Below are positions 28,260 through 45,977 of a stretch of 64,000 nt of DNA, in pieces (the first letter of the stretch is position 1; each line of letters begins with the position of its first letter). The DNA comes from Octopus sinensis (taxonomy: Eukaryota). The notes under the pieces were generated by a model. That model saw only the letters and a list, made by a program, of their open reading frames with translations, had not been told where the DNA came from and ran no database searches. Location of the stretch: contig NC_043003.1 in the NCBI RefSeq assembly GCF_006345805.1, forward strand, positions 72,416,001 to 72,480,000, read 5' to 3'. The translations under genes and the position numbers were made by a program.

Positions 28260-28504
28260 TATATTATAAATATATAAAGTATATAATACGATAATTTTAA
28301 TAGAGATAACCTGCAGTATATAGTACAACATTTTTGTCTCCGTATATGAGCTAAGTATTAATAAAATGTGGTATACGATAAAAATTTCGGATATTTGTGT
28401 TAAAACATTCAGACAAGAAAATTCAGATGTAGCACATGAGGTATTATTCCATACGAATATACACATATTTATGTTAAGGGTTTCATGATAAAAATATAGA
28501 AATA

Positions 28505-29076
28505 TTGGATTGTCCGGAAAGTTCGTGCCGATTTATAGTAGCTTATCTTTCGACTTATTTTAGAACATGTTTGAGTCCATAAAATAGGATTTGACTACAC
28601 CTCTATTGAGAGCACAGTTTAAGCTATATTTTCGTGGAAGAAGGTTTATGTTCCTATAACCTGTGTTAATTCTGTAACCCTTTAAAATAAACGATGAGAA
28701 AGTTCATTTTCGGTACTTGATGCTTTGGGAACCAGACAAAAATTGCTGCAGCTCGGCTTCGGCTGGGATGTGTTAACCCCACCCTCCCTATTGCCCAGAT
28801 ATTGCTCCTTCGGATTTCCACTTATTCAGGTCTCTGCAGAAAAGTCTTAATGGTAAAAATTTTAATTCCTTAGATGACGTAAAAAAATACCTTGATGAAT
28901 TCTTTGCCTTGAAACCACCCCAATTCCGGGAAGAGGGTATTTTCAAGGTAAAGGAAATATGGAGACGTATTGTGCAACGAAATGGTTCATATTTGGTTCA
29001 TTAAAAATGTAATGACAAGTATTTAGTGACCTTTACTTTCCTTTAAAAATCGGAATGAACTTTCCGGACAACCCAA
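28505..29076 (+). mobile_element. Internally deleted mariner
   Basis: TIRs TTGGATTGTCCGGAAAGTTC / GAACTTTCCGGACAACCCAA with TA TSD; C-terminal GWDVLTPPPYCPDIAPSDFHLFRSLQ. Confidence 0.92.
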
Positions 29077-29801
29077 TATAAACATAACAATGAAATACGA
29101 ATATAAACATGAAAAATAAAAACCTAAATTGAAAGAGGCGATTAAAATTTTTTTCCTAACCTGAAGCCGTTTCAGAAAAGTGGTTGTACGAAGTATTCGA
29201 AATTCAACCCTCTTTCCTCAGGGTTCCTTTCTCGAGGTAAAATCCAACAAAAAGCATTAAAGCACTACATGGTGAGTATTCAGTGGGTGAAAGTTCAGTT
29301 TTTGAGTATCGATGAATAAGTGACAGATTTTCAAGAGGATTACCACGTTTAAATAAGAAATGAAATTCATTGAAAGGTTAACTTTAGTTAATCATGCAAA
29401 TAATATCCAATGGGAATATTCCACTCTCTACTATAAAAAAATAATTTAAGATTACAGGTTTGTGCATTAGTGTTCATTGGATCTAATGATCTATTTGGAC
29501 CGTATTTTCAAAAAGCTTTTATATTCTAAAAAATTATATTTTAAAGTTTAAGAAAATTATAAGACGCTAAATATTTATGCTTACAACATACTAAAATGTG
29601 TGTAATTTTTTATATAGGAGTGAATAAATGAATTCTTGTGTCCCCTATATCTAATTTTAAAATTAGTAGTACTCCCTATATAAATTTTCCTAAGTCCGGG
29701 GCGTTAAACTAATAAACCTGTTTGCTGTACACACCCGTCTTCGTCTTTTGTTCGTTTCTTTTGTAAATACCAATATATATGTATGTATGTGTGTGTATAC
29801 A

Positions 29802-29889
<88 letters not shown>

Positions 29890-29957
29890 ATTTCGCAGAC
29901 AGGAACTGAAACAAATCGATCGTATATATATGTATGTATATATGTAAGTGTATGTGT

Positions 29958-32678
29958 TTTGGTATTGGCAACATGAATAACAATGGCCAGAGACTACTTG
30001 AATTTTGCACATACCATAACCTGTGCATCACTAACATATTCTTTGCCAACAAGACATCCCACAAGGTATCTTGGAGACATCCAAGATCTCACCACTGGCA
30101 TCAGCTGGATCTTATTACACGAAGACCCTTTCTGAATTATGTTCAACTGACTCGTAGTTACCACAGCGCAGATTGTGACACAGATAATTCACTAATAAGA
30201 AGCAGGGTGAGGATTCTGCCTAAAAAGTCTATCACTCCAAGAAAATTGACCGACCACGCATTAACACTGCCAGAACCTCCGACCCTACACTGCGACAATG
30301 TTTTGCTGTTTCTATCAAACTTGCCCTCAGTAGCTGCCCAACCACCTCTGCTGAAAGTAGGTGGAATTATATCAGGAAAGCTTTGTATACCACATCAATA
30401 GATACTTTCGGCATGAGAGAAAGGCAAAACCCAAATTTTGTTCAGTGCTGGGCTCTCAAAGCTGGAAACAGTTATCGAAACAAAGCGTGCAGCTCTGATG
30501 TAATACAAGAGTGATTATTCTATAAAGTCACTCGAAGAACTCAGAAAGGCAAGAAATAAAACTCAACTGACTTCCAGACGCTGTGCAAATAGGTATTGGC
30601 AGGAAATCTGCCAGAGTATCCAGTCAGCTGCTGACAGTGGCGACACCCGTGGGATGTATGCCGGTTTGAAGAAGGCCCTCGGTCCATCCGCAACCAAGTC
30701 AGCCCCTCTGAAATCAACTACTGGGGATCTCATCAAGGACCAAAGCAAGCAAATGGATACATGGAGGGAGTACTACCAGGATCTCTACTCACGAGAGACC
30801 ACGGTAGCTGAGGCTGCAATCGAGGGTATCAAGATTTTGCCAGTCATGTGTGAACTTGACAGTCTGCCATCTATAGCAGAGCTCACCAAGGCTATTGACT
30901 CCCTAGCAAGTAACAAGGATCCGGGAAAAGACGGCATCCCCTTAGAGATCATCAAAACCGGCAAAAACACCATCCTGCTTCGGCACCTTCATGAGCATCT
31001 GTTTCAGTGCTGGGAAGAGGGTACAGTCCCTCAGGATATGCGGGATGCTAACATCATTACGCTTTACAAAAACAAAGGTGACCGTGGTGATTGTAACAAT
31101 TACCGTGGAATATCTCTTCTAAGCACTTTTGGAAAGGCCTCTGCTCGCATTATCCTGTCCAGGCTGCAACTGCTTGCTTCTCGAATTTATCCAGAATCGC
31201 AGTGTGGCTTTAGAAGAAGCAGATCAACTATTGACATGATATTCTCCATACGCCAACTTCAGGAGAAGTCCAGAGAGCAGAAAATGCCGTTATATATGGC
31301 CTTCATTGATCTGACAAAGGCCTTTGACTTGGTAAGTGGAAAAGGCCTCTTCATCCTGCTCCAAAAAATCGGATGTCCACCAAAGCTGTTGAGGATCATC
31401 ACATCTTTCCATGATGATATGCAAGACACCATACAGCACAATGGTTCAACATCAGCCGCCTTCCAAATAAAAAATAGGGTAAAGCAAGGTTGTGTCCTTG
31501 CTCCTACATTATTTGGAATCTTCTTCTCGCTGCTGCTGTCACATGTCTTTGTGACATCAGATGATGGAGTGTTTCTGCAGAGTAGAAGTGATGGGAAACT
31601 GTTCAATCTCTCGCGTCTGCGTGCCAAGACCAAAATCAGAAGCGTCCTGATCAAGGAGATGCTATTTGCTGATGATGCGCTCTGGTATCACGCACAGAAG
31701 AAGCCCTACAAAGGCTCATCAACTGTTTTGAGCAAGCATATAGCAACTTTGGCTTATTTATCAGCCTCCAGAAGACCAAAATCATGGGTCAGGCTACATC
31801 GACCATCCCAAACATACATATTGGAGACCACAGACTACAGGAGGTGGAGAAGTTTACCTATCTTGGCTCTACCGTCACCTAAAACCTATCCCCTCATACT
31901 GAGCTCAATATACGCATTGGCAAGGCAGCTGCTATGATGGCCCAACTCTCCAAACGGGCATGGGACAATAATAAGCTGAACAAGACCACAAAAATGAAGA
32001 TTTACCAGGCATGTGTACGTATCACTCTACTGTATGGAAGTGAGACTTGGACGCCATACACACGCCATACGACGCCATACGTCGCCTAAATATCTTTCAC
32101 CTGCGCTGCCACCGGAAAATCCTTCGCATCAAATGGCAGAATCATGTCCCCAACAAAGATGTCCTCAAGCAAGCAGGAATACCAAGCATGTTTACTCTCC
32201 TCACACAAAGACATATAAGATGGCTTGGACATGTTAGCCGTATGGAAGATGGCAAGGACATACTCAACGAAGAGCTTGCTAGGGGCACTAGGTTTGTGGG
32301 AAGACCGTTCTTACGATACAAGGATGTTTGCAAAAGGGACATGAATGCATGCAACATCAATATTACCAACAAGGAAGCAGTTGCCAGCAACCGTGGAGAT
32401 TGGCGACGTACCGTAAAAGAGGGAACACAAAGGAGTGACATAGAGGGAGAGGAGAAATGAAAAGACAAGAAAAGACGTCAACAAGAATGTATGACATTAC
32501 AACCAGCCAGGCAAAGTCTTCGCTACATTTGCGGTACCTGCCAGAGGGAGTGTTTGTCCAGAATAGGACTACACAGCCACAGCAGGAGATGTATTAGGAC
32601 ATGAAATATAAAAGCCGGACTAGATTATTTTATGCGAAACTCCATTGTCTCCCGAGACAAAAAGGATGCCAACAACAA
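29958..32678 (+). mobile_element. RTE-clade LINE, 5' truncated and frameshifted (partial APE, RT, C-terminal zinc finger)
   Basis: APE motifs [30 protein letters not shown] motifs NYRGISLLS, PESQCGFR, FIDLTKAFD, VKQGCVLAPTLF, LFADDA. C-terminal CGTCQRECLSRIGLHSH. 3' stem-loop plus (CAA)n tail. Confidence 0.95.
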
Positions 32679-32880
32679 TATATATGAATTTCGTAGACAG
32701 GAACTGAAGCAAATCAATCGTATATATACGTATATATGTAAGTGTATGTGTGTGTCTTTGTGTCTGTGTTTCGCCCTCATCACTGCTTCACAACTGCTGT
32801 TCATTTAGTTACATCCACAAAACTTACTGGTTTCACAAGAACTAATAGAATAAGTACTAGGCTTATCAACATAAAAAAGC
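32679..32880 (+). mobile_element. Diverged SINE family A (host of the RTE insertion)
   Basis: GTAGACAGGAACTGAAG...AATAAGTACTAGGCTTA; the first ~73 bp are duplicated at 29883-29957. Confidence 0.7.
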
Positions 32881-32981
32881 ACTAGGCTCTGTCTCATATT
32901 TTTGTTTGCCCACTCAGTTGTATCTATCAATTTATCTTTGTGTGTGTGTGTGTGTGTGTGTATCTATATCTATATCTATCT

Positions 32982-33044
<63 letters not shown>

Positions 33045-33051
<7 letters not shown>

Positions 33052-34081
33052 ACCCTAATGGGAGCCTTAACTCCCAAATTTTAGTCATTTCTTTTATGAT
33101 CCAAAACTAGGTCAAAAGTATTGAATGGATCTTTATGAAATTTCGAAATTATATTCTAAGCATAAGGGCCATAACCCCCATGACAGTTCATATATTTTTG
33201 CTGTTGATGAAATTTTAACCATGAAGTAATATTTATAAAATTTCATCTTCTTTCAAAGTTAGAAAGACCCCTCCACGGGGACTTGACACCCACAATTTTG
33301 TCATTTTATCTAAGCAAAAACGAATACAGTTGTGCTCTTGGAAGCTGTAGGGTTACCCGAGCATAAAAGTTGGGCATTATTTCTAATTCAATGGTACAAC
33401 AGTGTAGCAGTTTGCTTTGTCATACACTTACATTGTGATTTCTGCAATGTGGTGCATAAATTGTTAAGTAAATGAGAGGCATCTTTGTCTCCACTGATTC
33501 AGTTGCAAAGTGTTGAGTAAAGTTATTTGATTACAGACCTCCTTTCAGTCTTTTTATTATCACTCGGTCACACATAGTCCCCACATGGTAACATTGATTA
33601 CAAGGCCTTCTCAGATGAGTGACTGGTTATTCAAAGACATTTATAGATTTTAAATTTATTCTGTCCAGTTACGTATCAGTATAGTGGTCATTTGCAAACT
33701 CCAGAGGCGACACTTTAATTTCTCCTAAGCCCTCACGTCATACAGTTGTTAATGTTGATTTCAGTTGGGTCACGCCCCTCCAATTGCTATAGATTCGTAA
33801 TGCATCTTACGGCTGTGCCTGTCACCTCGATGGTGAGGAATCCTACATTGGGAGTGGTAACGACTAGGGTAGGGTAACTGACTGCTTATTTTGATCATTC
33901 GTCTTTTGGTTTCCATGTGGCACGATTACAATTTTTTAGGGTGTGTAAAGAGGGAAATAACCCTCATCTGCAATTTTGATGAAATTCGAAAAATATATAT
34001 TCCAGTTCATTCAGAAAATTTAACAGAAAAGTCTAATTCTTCAATTGAATGTAACCGAGCAACGCCGGGTATCTCTGCTAG
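33045..34081 (+). mobile_element. Helitron-type element, 3' end
   Basis: Ends ACCGAGCAACGCCGGGTATCTCTGCTAG|T, the same terminus type as 19243; 5' boundary uncertain. Confidence 0.65.
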
Positions 34082-34339
34082 TATTTTATAAATAATAAAA
34101 TAAAAATAAAAATAATGAAAATAATAAAATAAAATGAAATAAAAGTTTTTTTGCAAAATATGGATGTCCATGGTCCATTTTGGTTTATGTGTGAGTGTAT
34201 GTTCAAGTGTTTATATGTGTGCTTATATGTGTGTACACGTATGCTTACTTCTTAAGTTAGTATATGTGTACGTATGTGTGTATGTGTGTTGGCATAAGGT
34301 TATTGAATACAAGCATGGATGTCATCATTTATGCATGAG

Positions 34340-35280
34340 TGTGTGTGAAGCGCGTCCTCTAACCGAACCTAGACAAACAAATGAAAGATCAACTACTGGA
34401 ATTTTCCAATATCCATCACGAGCAAATCAGAAAGTTTTTTTGCTAAACATCCATTTCAGCCACTTGATGATCTGCCATATGATGCTCGTCTTTATGAAAG
34501 GAAAATTATGAATGGTTCAGTCCCAAGAAAATGGCTAACTTATAACAAAGACAATGTGCTTATCTTGTTCATACTGCTTAGACTTTTAGTCTCTCAACAC
34601 TTGTAATCCATCAGCCTTTATACGTGGTTTTAGTGGCTACAGGTGCATTAACGAAAGCTTGACTTTACACGAATCGACAACAATACATGTCAGAAATTCC
34701 GAGCAACATATCATTGTAATTAGTAATGGCACCTTAGATATTTTTTTGCGGCATCACTAATTAACAGAAACGAAGTATTTAGAGAAGTATTGTCTTGAGG
34801 ATTATAGACATCATAATGATGCTAAACAAGCAAATGTTTCCGTTTCAAAATCAAAGAAATAAATCGGCCTACACTCTGGATAATGAGGTTCTGGATCAAT
34901 CTTTTAGCCTCAGTGAAGTTTATGGCAAACAATGACACCGTTAAGGCAGCTCACGTTTTTATAGTGTAAAATAAGTCTGGACAAAGAATCAAACGATTAG
35001 AACAACCAGAAAAGCCTCAAAGTAAAGGCTGTGGTGGACTTGTTACATACCTAAAACAACTATTAACATCTTAATCCAAATTGCGAAGAATATGATACGA
35101 GAAAGAATTGGGCATATAAAGTTTCTCATCAAGATGTTATTCTATTCAGGTTGATTCAACACAAGATAATTCATCCATCGATCAGTTTAGCATTATTATT
35201 CGACATATACTTAAAAGTGTTATCTGAGAGCGACTACTTTCCGTTGTGCCAGGTAATGATGGTACAAGACAGGGACCAAA
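34340..35280 (+). pseudogene. hAT transposase remnant (ZMYM1-like group)
   Basis: VPRKWLTYNKDN, C..CL.F, RIIDIIMML, SIQVDSTQDNSSIDQFSIIIRH..ERLL; many stops and frameshifts. Confidence 0.75.
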
Positions 35281-35284
35281 TTTT

Positions 35285-37000
35285 ACAACGATGTTACCTG
35301 CAAGGATTTGTTCATCCATAATAAATCCTCCTTCACAGTCAGTGGTAGGGCAGGGTACATAAAAAAGGTGAATTCAACGCATATGTTGAAAATTAGGCCA
35401 TCATACAATTTCAAAGTTATTGGCAATCAATCCTATAATCAAACCATACAGTTGTAAAGCTCTTACGATGCCTTTTTCTTTTATCTCAGACAATACAGCT
35501 TTGTTTATCAGAAGTTGTTCAGCACATCCCCACATTCCCTTCTTTCCACCGGCCTGATCACCAGTTACAGTGTTGTTGGACTCAAAATGATCCTGAAGGA
35601 ATTGCTTGAATCAGCTTGTATACAGTTTGTACATAATGTTTAGGAAAGCAATGGGCCTGTAGTTTTCAGGCAATTCGGTGGTTTCATTCTTGGCCACGAA
35701 ATTCGACCGAAGGAAGCCAATTTGATATGTCAACCTTACCTTCCAAATACTTATTAGTGTATACATATTAGTGGTTCCTATAAAATGTCAGCCTCTTATA
35801 TCAGTATCGAACTATTATGTCCCAACCGGGTGCATTTCCATTATGCAGTTTGCCTACAGCTATGAGGAAATTTTCCGAGCCAATTGCATATATTTTAATA
35901 TTGATGCTGGCACAGTATTCTCTCTTTACTGCATTTAGCTACGATGCATTGAGGTTGAGATACCTTTTCTCGTTCCAGATCTCCAACCAGAATGTGATTC
36001 AAGATCTTCCTGAGAAGGAGCTTTCTTAAAGTTAATATTTTCTCCCTCCTCTCTCTCTATATATACTGTCAATGGGTTAGAAGCAAAATTGTGATTTATA
36101 CAGACTCGTTCAAAAATTCGTTTGCGGTAGTCAAGATTTTCGCTCAGAACCCTGATTTTGGGCTTTAGGGTAATTAATCTCCATTCAAGAGCTTGTTGTG
36201 AAGACTCACCATAGAATTTTGTTAATTTGTGTATAAGATGTGACTGGTGTGTAAACTCATTGTTCCTCTTACATTTTATTATCGCGGTTAACCATCCAAT
36301 ATTGCAACGTAGATTGTTGATGTTTTCAGAGTTTTGTTTATCATCGATATTGTTTCGGTTTAGTACTTTCATTACCATGCACACTGCAGATTTTTCATAG
36401 ATGTTCTTTAAAAGTTACAGCTCTCCAGGCGACATCGTCGATAATTTTCAATACTAGAGTTGTTGGATATTTTCTTAATTTTGTTGAGAATGGCCTGTTA
36501 CTTAAGAATCATTTTGAAAATTAGAAACGTTTTCTTTGAACAGTGGTTTCAGGATATTTCGAAGTTGAATATATCCTACAGCTGTCTCTGTTGACTCAGC
36601 TACATTTGGAAAGTTAAGAGAATTTAGTGATGGCGGCGGTTTGTTTATATTATTTTTTATCTCTTTTCGCGGCTTTTGGCCAGTTCTCATTGTTTTGAGA
36701 ATATTGGTTTGCATTAGGAGAGCAAGTAGTTTTTCTCTTAAAAAAAAAGATACTTGTTGAGGTTGTTTCACAAAAAAGGTGCTTAAGTTAGGGTAAGACT
36801 CGTCTCAGTATTTTTTAACCGCTTCGTATATCTGATAGAAGGGTCTGAACGCGCTTTTTCATAGCATCGAAAGAGATCATGGTTTAGATGTAGAATCCAA
36901 GTAAAATGAGAGGCATACTCACGTCTTCTCAGATAGCTTACTGGTACAGTAGTGATGTTTTCGTTGGTGGTAGTGTTGTCAGTTTTAGCCATAATCGTGT
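35285..37000 (-). mobile_element. R4/Dong-like non-LTR retrotransposon remnant
   Basis: Minus-strand PENYRPIAFLNIMYKLYTS, DQAGGKKGMWGCAEQLLINKAVL, and upstream WILHLNHDLFRCY..YTKRLK. Confidence 0.8.
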
Positions 37001-38057
37001 TGGCGAAATATCCACTTGATAAAAGGTATGTTTTAAAATCCGGTCTGAATATTGCTAACTTGAGAGGTAAAAGGTGTTTCTCTTATTCATAATGGGAGAA
37101 ATAAATTAGTAACTAACTTAGACTGGAGGAGTCGGAATAAATGTAAAAGGGAACGTTCAAAAATATTTTTTAAATGGCTCTCTACGCCTGCACGTCTGAT
37201 AATGATAACACCTGTATGTATAAGGGTGCACGCAAGTGAATCTCCTTCCATTAATAGCCTATCTTAATGACTTGTAAATCAAGTGTGACAAAGCAAGAGC
37301 GACAGTAAAGTTATTAAAAAGAGACTCGGAAATACAAATAACAAAATGTACTTAGTTTCTGATTATAAGCTCCTAGAAAATACATAGGTATTATTTCTAA
37401 GAGAAAAAAAATTAACTTGAAATATGCAACGAGTCATTGTTAAATGTAGTGGAATTTTTAGAATTTTATTTTAAATAAAAACAAAAATAGAATTCTGTAA
37501 AGCGGACAGATTTTGGCCATCTGTCGTACTACAGAACTGACTACACGCCACTGATTTCCTTTGAAGTGGAACGGTTGCAGACACAAGTGACAAGTAATTG
37601 TTCAAACCTTATGTTACAACTTTATCTTCGAATGTTCGTTTATTTTCCTAAATGTTGAGACAAATCAGGTGATAAGGAAGGCATGAATGATAAGCCTCTT
37701 TATTTTTGATCTTTTTATTTTCATTAGTTTATTTCTGGTATTTTTTCTTATTTGTATCGCTTTATATTTCCGTCTTGCTCTTTGTCTTTGGAATGCTAAA
37801 AGTAGCATAATCGTGTGGGAACAAAACAGAAAGAAACTAGAGATGATCTAGCACTGCTTTGGACTCTACTCGCCTGAAGACGAGCATGTATGCAGCTATT
37901 GCTGAATCATATTAATGCAATAACATAAGGAACATTCAGCAATTACTATCTGGTGCTGAAAGCGCCGAAACGTTTGTAGTTATTTGAAATAAAGCCTGTT
38001 CATTCCATCTTCTCGTATTAAAAATTTAAGTATCTCGATATGTATGCATGTATATGT

Positions 38058-38095
<38 letters not shown>

Positions 38096-38199
38096 TCAAA
38101 CACTCAGAAAATACCTTGCTCCGTCGCTATCTAAATATGCATATTTTAAAAAATTATTTATAAGAATTTATATTATATGATAATATTCTTTTTCTTTAT

Positions 38200-38670
38200 A
38201 TGTTGTACCTATAGACGTTGACATTATTGGACACTTATCCTTCCTATCCACAAATATCTTCAGACACCAAATCATTTATGCCTGAATTAATATCTGATTC
38301 CCTGTCACTAGTTGAAGCTGTGTCCTCAGACGTTGCAACTACAAGCAGTACAGATACTGGAACAATGAAACCAGAAATAGTACTGGGAGTGAGTTGATTA
38401 GTAAAGGAAGCACTTGTATTTCTCTCTACATTCAAAGTAACTCTTCCCTGTTCTTGCAACTTACATGTCTCTGCATCATCATCATGAGTATTGTTTCTCG
38501 CTTCTTGAATATTTGTTGCAGAACTCGACATTGATGTGGATGGTGGTTGTGGTATTACAAAATCATAAAATTTATAATAGACCTGCACCATTTGGATGAT
38601 TCCTGCTTTTCTTCTTCTTGTCAGTCTTTGCGTCTCAGTGATCCAGATTTATGCTTTTTCTTTTCCTAAT
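38200..38670 (-). pseudogene. Possible hAT transposase N-terminus
   Basis: KKKHKSGSLRRK...EEEKQE followed by a Ser/Thr-rich linker, typical of ZMYM1-like hAT starts. Confidence 0.4.
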
Positions 38671-39698
38671 ACAAAAGTTAAAACTTAATTAAAAATACCC
38701 CACATTAGGAGAAATGAACACATACAATCATCTATATATAATTACTAATATATTACTAGGCTTACTAGGACAAATACACTAGGATAATGTATTTTTTAAA
38801 TAATATTTTAGTTACTGTTTAACCATGTTTGCTGAATGGTTGATATAGCTTAAAACCAGACAAATAGTATTAATCACATTTACAATCTTATATTGTCATT
38901 TTTTTAATGCAAGAGATATCAAAAAACAAAATTTGGAACATTATTTCCATAGAATTTTTTCTTCAAAAAATGGCATGAATACTAGTAATAATTCTTAAAA
39001 AAAACAAATATTTTAACCCTTTGGTATCTGCATTATTTCTGCTCTATATACCTTCGATGTCTACATTTGTTAGTAAAAAATGAAAATCTTACTTTTCACA
39101 GTTTTTTTATTGCAATACCTCCTAATGAGTGCTCTACACATAAATATATACACTATTTCACCTCTTATGCGAAGGAAACCTTAAAATGTAATGATAAAAT
39201 GTAAAAATGCAAAGTTTTTGAAAAATGAAATAAAAGTAAAAAATCGTAGGTTATAATATTATTACGAATATTCAATTTCATATACCTTTCAATAATTGTA
39301 AATACTTACAGAAATTTCTATTGAATAATAAAAATTCCTATAATTTTCGTAGAGGTTCCAAATTAGTTCAGTTCAACATATCAGTAGTTCAACTAGTTCG
39401 GTGTTTTATGGAAATGTACTGCATAAAGATCAAATTTATTTATTCAATTTGTTGATGCAGAATTATAAAACATTTTACGTGCTATTTCACGGTACATTTT
39501 GTTAAGTACTTGCAAAGGTAGATAACTGTATTTAGAGTATACAGTGTATTGCATGGCTTAATTATTTGAGAAAATGACCTTAATAAAGCATAAAAATTAG
39601 AAACTTTAGCTCAACATGAAAAGAATCTTTTCATGAGTTAATTTAAAACTAACTGACTCATTCTTACTAAAAAAAAAATTGTGCAATACACCATAGAA

Positions 39699-42640
<2,942 letters not shown>

Positions 42641-43148
42641 GTGTCTATGTGCGTGTGTGTCCGTATGTGTGTGTGTGTCTATGTATGTATGTGCACACAT
42701 ACGTGTACATCGGGTGAGTGTGTTAGGTTGTTCTTTTGAATATATTACTGTTTTTATAATAACTAGGTCGTCACCCATCGCTATGCTGCCGGTAAAATAC
42801 ACACACAAACAATAAAAAAATAACTACATGTATTATTTTATTTATATGCTTGTAAATGTAACAGACAAATGTCATGAATGTCATGATCTTTATTTTTAAG
42901 TCTGTGTTGCTTTGTCTATGTGTTGTGACAGAGAGACAGAGGGGGAACAGCCTGTCTTTTATAATATAGATTATAAGCAATTGTAGTAAAAACTTGTTAA
43001 AATATCTTGTTGTATAACCAATTTATTGTACATAAATCTTAGCAACTAACTAAATTCTATGTTAAATGAATTTTCATTAATAAAATAAGCCATAAATTTA
43101 GAATAACATTAATTTTTTAAAAAAGATAATACATTAGAGCTACTTTAT

Positions 43149-43500
43149 TCAATATGAGCTTTGTGATTGATGCTGATCTGCTAGTATTGTAATATTCGAC
43201 TCTAACGTCGTCAAGGATAATCGAACATCACCCGTTTGTACAATGTATGAATAGCAAACTAGGGGCACGGCTGAAGCCAGATCAACAAGGTTGGATGACG
43301 GAAATTGCAGTAACATACAACTGTGTTTTCTCCTAGAGTAATTGGTACCTTTTAGCAGTGTCATTAATTTTCCATAGACTAGGCAACCCCTCTTTAAATC
43401 TTGCTTGAAATATTTCATCACTGCAAATTCAATAAGATTCTCCTGCAGACATTTGTCTACTTCAGCAATATTAACTTCAAAAGGAAGTGTCACAATGTGG
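43149..43500 (-). pseudogene. hAT Buster-like transposase C-terminal fragment
   Basis: FPSSNLVD...GDVRLSLTTLESNI..LADQHQSQSSY resembles Buster/ZBED-type C-termini. Confidence 0.7.
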
Positions 43501-43656
43501 TGCTTCTATGAAAGCAAAGTTTTTTTTTTCTTCGTAATCCTCTAAAATACTACAGTGGGCTCCCACATATGGACTCTGAATGTATATGGGGGCCCATTTA
43601 CCATCGGGAAAACTGACAACCTAGTCAGTCCGCCACTGTGTATACATACATAAATA

Positions 43657-43730
<74 letters not shown>

Positions 43731-43821
43731 GTACATACACACTCACACACATTCACAGACACTCAGACACACAGGCACACACTCACATACACACACACAC
43801 ACGCACACGCACACACACACA

Positions 43822-43861
<40 letters not shown>

Positions 43862-45184
43862 ACGTTAAATTACATTTCGCAGGTCTGCAGCACTGTTTAT
43901 AGTTATCACCCAGAAGCCATGTTCTGGACAGGCAAATCAGCAAGAATATCAAAATACAAAAGAGAGGTCAATGTTGGCAGTTATCTGCTTTTCATTCACC
44001 TGTCATTCAAACCAAATATTATCGTGCTTCAGTTTTCTTCTCTATATACACACAAACGTACAATACAATCGAAAACTTTGCATCCTCTCCATTTTAACTT
44101 CAAGCATAAGTACACACACTCACGCACACACACACATACACAAACACACACACACACCAACACACACACACACACGAGTGTTCGGGCACACACATACACA
44201 CACACGCATAGAGCGAAGGAGATAGATATAAATACATTCACACACGCACGTACAATCGCGCACTCACGCATGTATATTATACATGGATCCTCTAGGAGTC
44301 CAGAAAAGAATGTCTCTACAGCTGCGTCCCAGATCTAGAGTTCTGAAAATATTTTCGTATTTGCGGCAATGTGAACTATCATAAATAGAGGCAACATCAG
44401 ATACACCGATAAAAGAAGGTAACAACATATACAAAATAGGGGAGAATTATATTAAAATATAACAAATAAAATCTGAAATATAATGTTTGGGGGATGAGTA
44501 GAGAAATTTTGAATGTGTTAAGGGTAATAGAAATGGATCTAGTTGTAAAGAGTATCGCGGAGTTTGGGTGGGTGGTAAAATAATGGGTTTTAAAGCATCC
44601 ACACATCTACGCGCTGTCGCTACTCCAAGTTTTCTATTAACATGAAGTTCCTCGTGTGACTGAACTACAGTTACCACAACTAACTGCCTATTTTTACAAT
44701 GGCCTTTAAAACATCTTCTACAATGAGCTATCCTATTAGTTTTAGCTATCCTACTATATTGTTTTCTCTTCAAGGTTTTAGCTAAAATTGTTGATTCTCG
44801 TTTGTTTATTGATCAAAATGTAGATTTTATTCCGTATTCTCAAGCCTCATACAATAATCTCTTATTCTTGAACCCTGTCTTTATGATATTCAACGTAGTT
44901 TTATATTATCGAGTAACTGAGACATTTCCCCCCATCCTATTTCCACGCTGTTATATTTCATTTCTGCTTTAGGATGCTTTTCTTTTTGTGTGTGTGAGTA
45001 ATTTTTGCTGTCTTGGTGTCCGACTTAGTTGTTCGTTCATGTCTACAGTTTATACTACGCATACATATAACATATACTGATTTGTTCTACACCCCCCACC
45101 CACCCCATACACAAACACATATACACACACATGTACACACGCACATGTATTTGTATATATGTATGTATGTGTATGTATGTTTAA

Positions 45185-45217
<33 letters not shown>

Positions 45218-45225
45218 GAGGTAGG

Positions 45226-45318
<93 letters not shown>

Positions 45319-45937
45319 GGTTGAGTATTCACGATATCAGCTATATTTATTACTAAAAATATCAAATCAATAGAAGTCATTTGCACTACTTTCTGTCTAT
45401 TTGATGGGGATAGCTTTGTCAAAATGTATTTTGGCCTTCACCCTCTCTGCCCTTTTGATAAGCTTGTGTACACAGGTGTAGCAAGTTTCAATGGAAGATT
45501 ATTTTCAAGGCAATTAACTGAACAATAGGATAAGTTACATGCTCTGTCCTTGCTTACATGTATTCCTGTTATCTGAAATCGTAAGATTATGAAAATTTTT
45601 AGACAAAAATTAATAAAACGATTAATTAGCTCTTTTCTGAGTGTATCTTATGTGTATCTATAGGTGTTTGTGTTATAGCTAAACCATCACCTCTCCATTA
45701 GCTTATATCTTTTTTAATGGACTTTATAATATTTTTTTTATTTTCTATTTGTGAATTTTGGTTCCAGGTTCAGTCCCATTGCGTGGCACCTAGAGCACGT
45801 GTCTTCTACTATAGCTTCGGGTTGACCAAAGCTTTGTGAGTAGATTTAGTAGACGGAAACTGAAAGACGCCTGTTGTATGTATGTATGTATGTATGTATG
45901 TATGTATGTATGTATGTATGTATGTATGTGTATATGT

Positions 45938-45977
<40 letters not shown>

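Noticed and set aside
30654-31937. 427-aa ORF as a functional gene or active LINE
   Set aside because: It is part of an RTE ORF broken by frameshifts just after FADD and upstream, and the element is 5' truncated.
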